Of a DNA stretch of 64,000 bases, positions 1 through 9,812 are shown piece by piece; position 1 is the first letter of the stretch, and every line of letters begins with the position of its first letter. The stretch is taken from positions 80,444-144,443 of the forward strand of contig CAYTGM010000009.1 in NCBI GenBank assembly GCA_964437365.1. The letters are read 5' to 3'. This DNA is from an uncultured Candidatus Sumerlaeota bacterium (GTDB lineage Bacteria > Sumerlaeota > Sumerlaeia > SLMS01). A model generated the notes under the pieces. The model made no database searches and was not told the DNA's origin. It worked only from the letters and a program-made list of their open reading frames with translations. The position numbers were made by a program, and so were the translations under genes.

Positions 1-1402
1 CTACCGCGGAAAGACAGATAAACCGGAACTGCTGGCCAAAGATATCATGGAAGCAGGGCATGGACTCTGTCTGCCGGAAGCTGTCCGACTCGTCTCAGAG
101 CGTGGACCGGAAATCGTTGAGGAACTTCTCATCGACCGCTGCAAGGTTCCCTTTGATCGGACCCAAAAGGATGACCTCGACTTTACAGAGGAAGCCGCGC
201 ACTCTACCCCGCGAATTATTCATGTGGAAGATGCCACGGGTAAGTCGATCGCTCAGCATCTTGTTGAAGAAGTTGAGAAACATCCGAATATCACTCTTGT
301 GAAGGATGCCCTGGCGATCGAGTTGATCATGCGAGGCCTTCATACTGCCAACCCTTCTGATATGTATCATCGCCCCAGATGCCTGGGCGCCTACGTCTAT
401 CTGAAAGAAGACAAGCTGGTTATTCCCTTTGTCGCTCGCGAGACGGTTCTGGCGTGCGGAGGCCTCGGACAGATCTATTTACATACAACCAACCCAAAGG
501 GGGCTCGCGGAGATGGTCTCGCGATGGCCTATCGTGCCGGAGCTCAGGTTATTGGTCTGGAGTATATACAATTTCACCCGACAGCATTCTACCATCGGCT
601 CTCCCCGAGATTCCTCTTAAGTGAATCCATGCGGGGCGAAGGGGCACGCCTTGTCGATCGCCACGGCAATCGCTTCATGAAGAAATATCATGACTCTGGC
701 GAACTGGCTCCACGCGATGTTGTGGCCCGGGCCATCCATCAGGAAATGATGGAACAGGGTGAGGATTGTATGTACCTCGATATCACCCACAAACCAGCCG
801 AATGGGTTCGGTCGCGATTTCCCATGATCCATCAATACTGTTCTAAGTATGATATCGATATCAGCAGTCGACCCTGTCCTGTCGTTCCTGCGGCACACTA
901 CTCCTGCGGCGGCGTTGCCGTGAATCTATACGGGAAAACGAATGTCAAAGGTTTGCGAGCGATTGGAGAAGTCAGCTGCACAGGCGTCCACGGTGCCAAT
1001 CGACTTGCCAGCACTTCGCTCCTGGAGGCAGTCACCTGGGGATACCAGACGGCCGAGGGAGCTTTGGAAGATTATAAAGACAATCCGCTTCCCGACGACA
1101 CTCACGTTCTCCCCTGGCAATTCGAAACAGAAGAAGTGGACCCCATGCTGATCAAGCAGGACTCGACAACGATTCAGCTGACCATGTGGAATTATGTCGG
1201 TCTTGTCAGGCGAACAAAAAACCTGAACCGAGCTCTGAAGATTCTTCGAGAACTTCAGTTCGAAATTGAAAGTTTCTACCGGCGTGCTGAACTGAGCGAT
1301 GATGTGATTGGACTTCGTAACATGGTTCAGACAGCGCTTGCGGTAACCCACTCAGCGTATAGAAACCGTACCAGTCGCGGCGGTCATTATCGACTCGACT
1401 GA
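1..1402 (+). CDS. nadB: L-aspartate oxidase, 5'-truncated at window edge (frame continues upstream of the first ATG at 47)
   Basis: Contains the motifs HYSCGGV and GVHGANRLASTSLLEA and has overall FAD flavoprotein (succinate dehydrogenase/fumarate reductase-like) architecture. The reading frame is open from base 2. Confidence 0.85.
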   Translation, partial: YRGKTDKPELLAKDIMEAGHGLCLPEAVRLVSERGPEIVEELLIDRCKVPFDRTQKDDLDFTEEAAHSTPRIIHVEDATGKSIAQHLVEEVEKHPNITLVKDALAIELIMRGLHTANPSDMYHRPRCLGAYVYLKEDKLVIPFVARETVLACGGLGQIYLHTTNPKGARGDGLAMAYRAGAQVIGLEYIQFHPTAFYHRLSPRFLLSESMRGEGARLVDRHGNRFMKKYHDSGELAPRDVVARAIHQEMMEQGEDCMYLDITHKPAEWVRSRFPMIHQYCSKYDIDISSRPCPVVPAAHYSCGGVAVNLYGKTNVKGLRAIGEVSCTGVHGANRLASTSLLEAVTWGYQTAEGALEDYKDNPLPDDTHVLPWQFETEEVDPMLIKQDSTTIQLTMWNYVGLVRRTKNLNRALKILRELQFEIESFYRRAELSDDVIGLRNMVQTALAVTHSAYRNRTSRGGHYRLD

Positions 1403-1437
1403 TTAACTGTCAATTCTCCAATGGGCTTATCTTATCT

Positions 1438-2289
1438 ATGTCTACTCAGAAACAACGCGTCTCAGCACTGCGGGAAATTCTTAAGTCAGGAAAAACATCT
1501 GGTGCACCGGCGGTTCATGACTGCCTTAGCGCTCTTCTGGCAGAACAGGCAGGCTTTCCCTTTGTCTTCACCAGCGGATTCGGCATATCAGCTTCCAGAC
1601 TTGGTTTACCCGACCACGGGTACCTGACAGCCACTGAGAACCTGGATACTTTGAAGAATATCTGCTCGGCAATAAACATTCCTGTAATCGCAGATATAGA
1701 CACGGGCTATGGAAATGAAAGTAATGTGCGACGGACGATCACGAATGCCATTTCAAATGGTGTTGCCGGCGTTCTGCTGGAAGACCAGGTTTGGCCAAAG
1801 CGGTGCGGACACCTGGAAGGGAAACAGGTCATTTCTGCGGATGAGTATATACACAAACTCAAGGCTGCCATTGATGCTCGCGGAGACGATGATCTGGTGA
1901 TCGTTTCCCGGACAGACTCACTCGCTGTTCATGGGTTTGATGAAGCTATTAGACGAGGCAAACTCTACGAAGAAGCAGGAGCCGATGTGCTCTTCGTTGA
2001 AGCTCCTGAATCTGTGGAACAATTAGAGACCATTAGCAAGACCTTCCCGAAGATTCCCCTCATGGCAAACATGATCGAAGGCGGCAAGACTCCCTGTCTA
2101 TCACTGACCGAACTGAACAAACTCGGATTCACGATTGTTGCCTACGCCTTGACTGGCCTCTTTTCCATGACGGATGCTTTGCAGAAGACCTATCGAGAAC
2201 TGATCGAGAAGGAAGATGTGACCGCGATTTCGAGCGGCCAGGTGGACTTCGGTTCCTTCATGTCAATTATCAACAGAAGATCATCATAA
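1438..2289 (+). CDS. Isocitrate lyase/PEP mutase family enzyme (2-methylisocitrate lyase or carboxyvinyl-carboxyphosphonate phosphorylmutase-like)
   Basis: Has the EDQVWPKRCGHLEGK active-site loop (KRCGH) and the IADIDTGYGN motif typical of the PrpB/ICL superfamily. Length is 283 aa. Confidence 0.75.
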   Translation: MSTQKQRVSALREILKSGKTSGAPAVHDCLSALLAEQAGFPFVFTSGFGISASRLGLPDHGYLTATENLDTLKNICSAINIPVIADIDTGYGNESNVRRTITNAISNGVAGVLLEDQVWPKRCGHLEGKQVISADEYIHKLKAAIDARGDDDLVIVSRTDSLAVHGFDEAIRRGKLYEEAGADVLFVEAPESVEQLETISKTFPKIPLMANMIEGGKTPCLSLTELNKLGFTIVAYALTGLFSMTDALQKTYRELIEKEDVTAISSGQVDFGSFMSIINRRSS

Positions 2290-2470
2290 CAACTTTCTAG
2301 AGTGATCTTATGAAGTAATGATGAGATCGATGGTGAGCGAGAGGGGTGGATTTGTGTGCTTGGGAACGCAGTCATAGTGCTGCTATTTCGAGACCTGCCC
2401 GCGCGTTGTCGTTGAGTTCATTGCCATCGTTCTTGTCATCGCTGGTGGTGTAGAATTAGGGACTGCCGGG
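2198..2470. repeat. Copy A of a diverged ~300-bp direct repeat (3' end of PrpB-like gene plus a remnant N-terminus of a 5289-like gene)
   Basis: Bases 2198-2300 align at ~85% identity with 5041-5140. Bases 2383-2440 (RVVVEFIAIVLVIAGGV) align with 5326-5385 (RVIVAFIATVFVIAGGV). Confidence 0.7.
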
Positions 2471-2668
2471 ATTTTCTGGACGCGAAGTATATTGAATGAC
2501 TGCGGCATATGGTTGCTCAGATGTACCGAAAAGCACCGAAATTTCGGGCAACAGGTGTTTGCAACCGAGTATCTCCAGGCCGGCAATGAAAGACTTTTTA
2601 TTATAAATCTAAACGACTTCAAACACCGATTACATCGCTCTTTTTTGTATGAAGGCAAAGAGTTTCCT

Positions 2669-4438
2669 CTATCTTGTCACCCAGGAATTCACCCTCGCCT
2701 TGGGCGGTCCCACATAGTCAATTCGCACAGCACCAGAGTAGAACCTGTTTCCGGTTGCCGTCGAATTTGAAACAGAAATGCTATGGATTCCCAGACCATC
2801 GGATTCTCCGGTTGTAAATTCAAATTCTCCCAACTCTATCCATCGGTTATTTAATCCTGCCGATGGATGCTGATCTATATCGAAAGTTGCCGATCCACCA
2901 TCATACTGCACCGTGTACTGAACCAGAATGTTGTTCGTGCTTTCTGGAAAGGCGACTTCTATACTATATATACCTGGTACATCAAATACAGGGCTGAAGC
3001 GAGCTGTCCTCCCAGTGGAAGACGCCCCAACATACCTTTGTGTCCCTTCATTGGTTACACCAGGGGCAGTGAATGAAACTGATGAATTTCCCCAGCTTCC
3101 ACTGAGTTCCTCATACCACTGATTATTCAAGCCATTCGTTCCTCCTTGAACAATCATCGTGGGTGGCGCTCCTGACAATTCTGGCCTTACAGTGACACTG
3201 AACCCTAACTCACTATCCGCAGGTCCAAAATATCCAACGGGAGTACTTGATAGTGCGAATGTTTCCTGATAATTGGTATCTAATGAAACTTTCGGTGCTA
3301 CCAGATTCAGAGTGATCGTTGCATCTTGCCCCGAAGGAACTGTGGAGGGGCTCATGGAGAAGAAGGAGGTTTCTTGACCGCTTGGAATGAAATCGCTCGG
3401 GCGGTTGAAGGCCCGGCTGGTGATAACCGATATGTTTTCTGTCGTCCAGGTTTCCGTGCCAAGATTAGTGTAATTAGCTATGACGGGGTAGTCTTCTCCT
3501 GACCTTGTCAGGTTATTATATACAACCGAATTAAGCCGTGCATCCCATGGAGGTATTGTCGGGGGTATTGAAGTAACAGCAATCGCATTGCTTACCGAGC
3601 GCTCACCCAGGTGGTCGTAGTTTGAATTGTCTGATGGATAATTGATGACGCCGTTGAAAGGTTCTCCTTGGGCCCATAGAGTAGTTGACCCACCGCCATC
3701 CAGATTCGTTGAATTATTGCAACCAAGCAAGAGCATTGTTTGAGCTAGCTCTTCACAAGTCATTCCAGCAGCAGAATCCGTTCGCCCATCAACTGTCAGC
3801 ATGATCAATTGATTTTCAGGCGTTACACCGACAGCACTTCTAGGATTTCGAGCTGTACAATGACTACCGATACCAGAAAGGTAGGCAGAGTCTATATCAC
3901 CTCCATTGGTTAACATCGGACCGTTAGCAAGAATATCAGTAGAACTCACATCATCTGACCAACCCCCTGCAGGTATTTCCGTCACATTTACATTATCTAA
4001 AGCATCAATGGTGAGACCGCTGTCATAGCTCCAGGCGCCTTTTGAAGGGACGTCGCCTTGTGGGATTTCAACGCCTCCGACTCTCAGGTAAGTCTCATGT
4101 CCTCCCAGTCCAGCGCGTGTATCAAAGTAAGTTCCATTGATACCAGCTACTGCAGATGGAAACTGGTTTGGAATAATCGCGCTTGTTCTTCCTCGTGATG
4201 AAGCAAGATAAGGAATCACAACCCCAACGTTTGGGTTATTCAGATCCACTTCAATATAGCTGACACTTTGAGGTGCTCCATAAAGGTCTTCGAAGAGGTA
4301 ATAATTCCAGACAACACCATCACCAATTTCTCTTTGAAACCATTCGACATTACTCAGTTCATCGGCTGCCAGGTCAGCGGTGGATAGTAGGCATAGGATT
4401 AATCCGTTCAGTAGGTTAATTACTTTTGCCAACTTCAA
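2669..4438 (-). CDS. Secreted phosphodiester glycosidase family protein (NAGPA-like) with C-terminal beta-rich domains
   Basis: N-terminal signal peptide (MKLAKVINLLNGLILCLLSTADLAA). The NLDGGGSTTLW motif is characteristic of the phosphodiester glycosidase domain. TTG start is preceded by a GGAG Shine-Dalgarno. Confidence 0.6.
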   Translation of the reverse strand: MKLAKVINLLNGLILCLLSTADLAADELSNVEWFQREIGDGVVWNYYLFEDLYGAPQSVSYIEVDLNNPNVGVVIPYLASSRGRTSAIIPNQFPSAVAGINGTYFDTRAGLGGHETYLRVGGVEIPQGDVPSKGAWSYDSGLTIDALDNVNVTEIPAGGWSDDVSSTDILANGPMLTNGGDIDSAYLSGIGSHCTARNPRSAVGVTPENQLIMLTVDGRTDSAAGMTCEELAQTMLLLGCNNSTNLDGGGSTTLWAQGEPFNGVINYPSDNSNYDHLGERSVSNAIAVTSIPPTIPPWDARLNSVVYNNLTRSGEDYPVIANYTNLGTETWTTENISVITSRAFNRPSDFIPSGQETSFFSMSPSTVPSGQDATITLNLVAPKVSLDTNYQETFALSSTPVGYFGPADSELGFSVTVRPELSGAPPTMIVQGGTNGLNNQWYEELSGSWGNSSVSFTAPGVTNEGTQRYVGASSTGRTARFSPVFDVPGIYSIEVAFPESTNNILVQYTVQYDGGSATFDIDQHPSAGLNNRWIELGEFEFTTGESDGLGIHSISVSNSTATGNRFYSGAVRIDYVGPPKARVNSWVTR

Positions 4439-5040
4439 TTTAACACTCCATCCTTCATGATCTGCTCATGCTAATTATGAAATCAGTTTCTAACTTTGTA
4501 TTTATCGTTTCCAATGCATACTATTTATCGCGTATGAATTTAGGAGAACTCAAGGACTTTCATTGGAGCTCATTGCAAGAGAAACTGAATCACGACCTGT
4601 CTTTTTTGAGAAGACTCAGCCTACCTTTCTCCACGCTGAACATTGCTTCACAAGCGAACAACACTTGCATAATATCTTCGACTTTTCGGTATATACTTAA
4701 ATAAAGACCATCTTCTTATGTCGCGGCGCCCATTCTTCGTAGATTCATCGCCAGAGTGGTTAGTGTCATATAAACCGCCGCCTTTTTTCGTACCACTCAA
4801 GTAGAGCTTTGTCCTTCCCATACCCAATTTTGAGGCGAGCAAATGGCGCTTCTACCTCCCAACCTTTTCTCTCCAAGGTTCTCCCCCTTCTTTACTCCAG
4901 TTTTTTTCTTGTCAGGTCTTTGAATCTCACGAGTTTTTCACTTCGTTCAATCCTTCTCAAATCCCCGGAGGTACGCATCTCCTTTAGCTCACATCTCCTG
5001 CGGCTTTTTATTGTATCATCTCATTTCTTAACAATATCGC

Positions 5041-5120
5041 AAACTGATCGAGAAAGAAGATGTCACCGCGATGTTGAACGGTCAGGTGGACTTTAGTTCC
5101 TTCATGTCAATTATCAAATA
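5041..5120 (+). pseudogene. Gene fragment: duplicated last ~26 codons of the PrpB-like gene (LIEKEDVTAMLNGQVDFSSFMSIIK*)
   Basis: Nucleotide identity of ~85% to 2198-2289. No upstream ORF body. Confidence 0.65.
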
Positions 5121-5390
5121 GAAGATTATCATAACTACTTTCCAAATGACCAAACCTGAATTCGACCATCTCGGGTCTACGTATTAGATAGAACCCTTAC
5201 ATTTGAACGGTTGACTGTATTTGCCCGTGCATGTACCTGTTGTCTGAAATATCAAAGAGGACTTCCATCGGAGGACTTACCCCATCTTATGAGCCAGAAT
5301 TCACGCCAGACCCGCCTGGGGTCCCCGCGCGTTATCGTTGCGTTCATTGCCACCGTTTTTGTCATCGCTGGTGGTGTCCTCATTTTGAGG
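5041..5390. repeat. Copy B of the diverged direct repeat flanking the 2.5-5.0 kb segment
   Basis: See copy A. Here the N-terminal part belongs to the intact downstream gene. Confidence 0.7.
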
Positions 5391-7985
5391 AACTCAGGCT
5401 TCAACAGTGATACAGGGTCCTTGTTTTCCTTTTTCAGTAGCAGTGAAGAAGCTGAAAGTACAACGACCGCCGTAGATGTCTCGAATGTGATGCCGGAGGA
5501 ACAGGGCCGAAGCCATACTCCTGAAGACCCGGATACGGAAACAGAGGCAGTTGTGGTCGAAGCGGAAGAATACCTGCCCCTTGATGGCGACTCGAGTGCG
5601 GCTGGCTCATCAACACCCGGCAATATGAACTATACACCCGGCTCAATGAGCGGCGATGGCAGCAACAACACTTCTGGAAACTCCAGACCTGATATAGACC
5701 CACCACTCCCGGGTAGAGGCCATCTTGCTGTCCGTGTTTTTGACCCAACTGGCGGCAATGTTCCCGATGTTGTCGTAAGCGCTCACAATCAGGAGAACCT
5801 GCAGGTCAATCAGGCTGACTTTCTTCTAACGGACCAAAGTCCCGAACAGGCGCTTGTGACTGACGTCACAGGTGGCGTCTATTTCTTTAACCTGCCCGAA
5901 GGAACCTACCTGGTTTCGGCTCTTGCACCCGAGAATTTCCCCTACCGTTTTCCCATCCCAGAGGTCGTGAAAATTGGAGACGGTAAGATGGAGTCTCTCG
6001 AGATTCGGTTACAGGAGGGGGAAAAGCTTGAGGGTGTCGTTTATGATGAAAATCGCGAACCCCTGGAAGGAGCCGATGTTGTTGCCTATTTGATCACAGA
6101 TGTGCAGCGGGCGAAGACAGACTCAGAAGGCCGCTTTGTTATACACGGTCTTCCGGAAGGGGCGAATATCAGTCGATTGACTGTCAGCTATCTGGATTAC
6201 AGTCCACAGACACGTCGTCAGATTTTTGCTCGTGACGGTTTGCAGAAATTCTACATGGAGCGGATGAACGATGTCACGATGGTAGTCCGGTGGGAAGAGG
6301 ACCTGGTACCTGTAGAATTCTATTCGTATAGACTTCTTCTTAAGTCGGCAACGGGCCTGTACCAGGTTGTTCCTGATAAGAGTGGTCGTGTTGATGACCC
6401 CAAAGGTTCCGTGGAGCTTCCAGACCTGCGAGATGGTGAGTGGCGAGCCGAGGTCAGTGTTCTGGGACCTGATAATCAACCGACCGCCATTGAAGCTTCC
6501 CGGGAATTCAAGTTGGGTGAAGGACAGCACAATCTGATCGTCATTGTTCCCGTATCGGGGGGATCTGTACTCCGCGGATATACATACTTGAATGATGAGG
6601 AAACGATCGCCTCGGCAGCGCGAGTTTCTGTGATTCCTCCTTCAGCCGGGGTGAACCAACCACTGGACCTGGGTGATTTCACGAATTGGCGCACACGCTC
6701 TGATGCGGAGGGATATTTCGAATTTCGCGGATTGACTCCAGGGAATTATGCCCTCTCGGCATCATATGGTGTTTTCAGTACGACCAAGGCCGTGGATGTC
6801 GTCGTGCCCGAAGCCGGGGAAGCAGAAGTTGCCAAGCTGATTCTGACAGAAGGCGGGGAGATATTCGGAGTTGTAAAAGATACATATGGCAACCCGGTGG
6901 CTGGAGCTAACCTCGTTGTTATGGAGCAAAAACTGAATGCGGATGGATGGAATAGTCGGTTTGCAGTAGCAGATGAAAAGGGTGTATATAGTTTTCAAAA
7001 TCTCCCCGAAGGAGCTCATTATCTTCGAATACGGCCGGGAGCGAACCATCCCCAGGAGGAAAGAATTGTACATCTGGAGTCTGGTGAGAGAAAAGAGGAG
7101 AACTTTGATTTTTCGGAAGGCGTGCTATTGATGGGTCAGATTCTCATTAACAATGAACCTGATGCACGCGCAAATGGTTCGCAACTGACGAGGAATGGCG
7201 GTCGCGTGGCAACACTGACAGTGGATGGCGAAGGGAACTTTGAGACAAGAATTCTTCCAGGCAAGTACGTGCTCTCTCCACCGATTCCCGGAGTTTCGGA
7301 ACCCTTTGAAATCAAGGAGGAGCCTGATGAACAAGAGCAAAACTTTAACTTCGAGATTGTGGATGTTGATGTGATCGTTCAATTCAAGAACGAGGCAGAC
7401 TTCGCGCCGGGACAGGTCGTTATATCGCCTGAGGAAACAGGGACTCAATATGGCTTTCTCAGGCGACGCCTGGACCAGGAAAATCGCTATATACAAGCTC
7501 TTGTCGGTGGGAAATATACCGCAACCTATACTTCCTTTGACAAAAAATGGCGAGGTCAGACCGAGTGGATCAAGGTGGGTGTGGGCGAAGAGAATGTCTT
7601 TGAAATTAAAGCGGAAAAGACAACAAAAGGAAACAAAATCGGAGAGTGGAAGACCGGTGATCTATCTAATGTGAATTTCCGCTGGTTAGAGTATGATGTC
7701 ACATCGATGATTGAGGGAAATGCTGATATAACGATTGTCGCCCAGTACGAGAGTGGACGACATGCTGCTGTAACCAAGCGTGCTCAGATTATGATGAATG
7801 GTAATCTGGTTGGATCCTCGGGACACAATGGCTGGACAGGTGCAGATCATTTTAACAATGCCTATCATCTGAGTTTAAACACGTTCCAGGAGGGGGCTGA
7901 ATACACAATTCGGATTCAAATGAAAACTGACGGAGGGAACGACTCTAACGGGTCTGTCTATATGTACCAGACGGCGATTGAATGA
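5289..7985 (+). CDS. Large membrane-anchored or secreted protein with multiple carboxypeptidase-regulatory-like (CarbopepD_reg/Cna-B-like) beta-sandwich repeats. An alternative TTG start lies at 5211.
   Basis: N-terminal TM helix (VIVAFIATVFVIAGGVLIL). Recurrent repeat signature G.V.D..G.P..GA.V (GHLAVRVFDPTGGNVPDVVV, EGVVYDENREPLEGADVVAY, FGVVKDTYGNPVAGANLVV) with '...F.NLPEG.Y' strands. Confidence 0.6.
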   Translation: MSQNSRQTRLGSPRVIVAFIATVFVIAGGVLILRNSGFNSDTGSLFSFFSSSEEAESTTTAVDVSNVMPEEQGRSHTPEDPDTETEAVVVEAEEYLPLDGDSSAAGSSTPGNMNYTPGSMSGDGSNNTSGNSRPDIDPPLPGRGHLAVRVFDPTGGNVPDVVVSAHNQENLQVNQADFLLTDQSPEQALVTDVTGGVYFFNLPEGTYLVSALAPENFPYRFPIPEVVKIGDGKMESLEIRLQEGEKLEGVVYDENREPLEGADVVAYLITDVQRAKTDSEGRFVIHGLPEGANISRLTVSYLDYSPQTRRQIFARDGLQKFYMERMNDVTMVVRWEEDLVPVEFYSYRLLLKSATGLYQVVPDKSGRVDDPKGSVELPDLRDGEWRAEVSVLGPDNQPTAIEASREFKLGEGQHNLIVIVPVSGGSVLRGYTYLNDEETIASAARVSVIPPSAGVNQPLDLGDFTNWRTRSDAEGYFEFRGLTPGNYALSASYGVFSTTKAVDVVVPEAGEAEVAKLILTEGGEIFGVVKDTYGNPVAGANLVVMEQKLNADGWNSRFAVADEKGVYSFQNLPEGAHYLRIRPGANHPQEERIVHLESGERKEENFDFSEGVLLMGQILINNEPDARANGSQLTRNGGRVATLTVDGEGNFETRILPGKYVLSPPIPGVSEPFEIKEEPDEQEQNFNFEIVDVDVIVQFKNEADFAPGQVVISPEETGTQYGFLRRRLDQENRYIQALVGGKYTATYTSFDKKWRGQTEWIKVGVGEENVFEIKAEKTTKGNKIGEWKTGDLSNVNFRWLEYDVTSMIEGNADITIVAQYESGRHAAVTKRAQIMMNGNLVGSSGHNGWTGADHFNNAYHLSLNTFQEGAEYTIRIQMKTDGGNDSNGSVYMYQTAIE

Positions 7986-8139
7986 AGTACTGGTATCGAC
8001 TTTATGGAGTGTTCTTACTCTATAGCTAGTAGAGGTGTATCGGACTTCACAGCTCGTCTTGACAAAGGAGCAAACCTTGCATAAGGGTTTGGGTTTATGT
8101 GTCTTGGCCAAGAGACGTATGATTTTTAAGGAGACTATA

Positions 8140-8337
8140 GTGGCAGAAGTTATACTCGAAATAGATGACAACAAAATCGCCGCCTTGAAAGAACGCGCTG
8201 CTAAGTACGGTCTTAATACTGACCAGTTTCTGAAAGCATCGATAGAAGATCTTCTCAATGTTCCAGATCAAGACTTCAAATCTGCAGCACTGCGAGTTCT
8301 GGAAAAGAATAAAGAACTCTATCGACGACTCTCTTGA
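8140..8337 (+). CDS. Ribbon-helix-helix type antitoxin. GTG start at 8140 follows AAGGAG; in-frame ATG at 8119 is an alternative.
   Basis: Reads VAEVILEIDDNKIAALKERAAKYGLNTDQFLKASIEDLL, a beta-strand plus two helices in the RHH pattern. Its stop overlaps the Doc start (TGATG). Confidence 0.55.
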   Translation: MAEVILEIDDNKIAALKERAAKYGLNTDQFLKASIEDLLNVPDQDFKSAALRVLEKNKELYRRLS

Positions 8338-8727
8338 TGCGACATCTATCATTTCTTGAGATACTCGAACTCCATGACTTAATTATTGAACAATCTGGGG
8401 GAGCTCACGGCATTCGTGATCTAAAGGGGCTGGAGTCGGCTCTTTCACAACCACATGCTACTTTTGATCAAAAGGACCTTTTATCCTGACCTGATTTCTA
8501 AGGCGTCTATCCCTGGCTTCTCACTTGTGATGAATCATCCGTTTATAGACGGTAATAAACGGATCGGCCACGCTGCACTTGAAACTTTGCTCTTTCTGAA
8601 TGGTTCGAAATTAGAGGCCGACGTTGATGAACAGGAAAGAGTGATCCTTGGTGTTGCGTCAGGGGAAATCAGTCTATCCGATTTTGAGAATTGGGTAAGG
8701 TCCAAGGCGAAAAAAGTAGAAAAGTAA
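8337..8727 (+). pseudogene. doc: Doc (death-on-curing)/Fic family toxin gene interrupted by a +1 frameshift in a T4 run at ~8479-8482
   Basis: Frame-0 N-terminus ends MRHLSF...ATFDQKDLLS* at 8489. Frame+1 continues ...FYPDLISKASIPGFSLVMNHPFIDGNKRIGHAALETLLFLNG with the Fic/Doc motif HPFxDGNKR. Deleting one T gives a continuous protein of ~129 aa. Confidence 0.7.
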
Positions 8728-8744
8728 CAAAAGGTAGTGCCTTC

Positions 8745-9731
8745 TTAAACCGCTTCCCCACGCCAGCCCTGGTCTATTTTCTCGAGCAGATCGGCGTAAC
8801 CCTGATGCATTCGTTCCTTTGTTCCTGAAAGCTCTGTCAGTCCCTGCAGTCCGGTACGTTCACAGTTCAGTCCACTGACGGTAGCCGCGAACACAGCGCT
8901 CTTCAGAGGATCGCCGGTACGCAGAAACTCAACCAGGTAGCCTGCTGAAAAAGAATCTCCACAACCAGTTGTATCAACGATTTTCACATCTTCCATCGCA
9001 GGGATCCGGGCAAAGCGCACTGAATCATCTCTTTCCTTCCAGGCAATAGCACAACCTTCACCACCAAGAGTCAAGGTTGCTATACGTGGCCCTTCTACGT
9101 CAAGCAAGGCAAGTGCAGCTGCTCTGAACTCCTCTTCTGTTTTCGGATGCAGATCGAGGAGGCGTTCAGCTTCCCACTCATTCCCCTGCACAATATCCAC
9201 ACACGAGACCCACTCCTTCCACCTGTCAAAACGATGACCTTTCACAGGAACACCATCTTTTCTGATCTTTCCAAGGTTATGTATATCAAGATAGATCAGT
9301 CCCTGGTGTTTCTCACGGATTGTCTTGAAGGTTTCGAGGTCCAGCTCGTTTCCATTGATGAAGTTAATCAGGAGAGCATTGGCATCGAACACTCTTGACA
9401 GAAGCTCGACTTCGTAGGTTGGACTGACGATAGTCATCTGTTCTTTGCGTGAGCTTGGAGTTACATACTCGAGAACGTTTGAGTCCGTCCCCTCAGGGTT
9501 TATCTGAATAGCAGATTCATCTATCTGAGGAACGGCAGAGAAATACTCTTCTCGAACGGTTTTGAGGTGGTCTTCACCCATATAAGTGACAGGCATAATT
9601 GTATCGGCGGCACGTATGACTCGACCTAAAGCGAGCGCGTTATACAGAATGCCTCCGAATGATTCGAACTCTTTCCCCTCAACAGTGCGAATCTGGTCGT
9701 GCATGACCGACCCAATGATACCAATTTTCAT
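8745..9731 (-). CDS. PfkB-family carbohydrate/nucleoside kinase (ribokinase-like)
   Basis: C-terminal DTTGCGDSFSAGYL anion-hole/ATP motif and an N-terminal GG dipeptide region. Length 328 aa. Confidence 0.75.
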   Translation of the reverse strand: MKIGIIGSVMHDQIRTVEGKEFESFGGILYNALALGRVIRAADTIMPVTYMGEDHLKTVREEYFSAVPQIDESAIQINPEGTDSNVLEYVTPSSRKEQMTIVSPTYEVELLSRVFDANALLINFINGNELDLETFKTIREKHQGLIYLDIHNLGKIRKDGVPVKGHRFDRWKEWVSCVDIVQGNEWEAERLLDLHPKTEEEFRAAALALLDVEGPRIATLTLGGEGCAIAWKERDDSVRFARIPAMEDVKIVDTTGCGDSFSAGYLVEFLRTGDPLKSAVFAATVSGLNCERTGLQGLTELSGTKERMHQGYADLLEKIDQGWRGEAV

Positions 9732-9812
9732 CTATTCATTCCTGCGTTGTCTGGTTCTCTTTTCTTCGGCGGCCACTCTTTTATTTATGCAGGCTTGAGA
9801 ACAAGCTCTTTT

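Noticed and set aside
2492-2770. 92-aa + strand ORF (MNDCGIWLL...) downstream of the PrpB-like gene
   Set aside because: It is the continuation of the frame of the truncated duplicated N-terminal remnant. It overlaps the 3' end of the well-supported minus-strand glycosidase gene and has no RBS or sensible composition, so it is most likely non-coding remnant.
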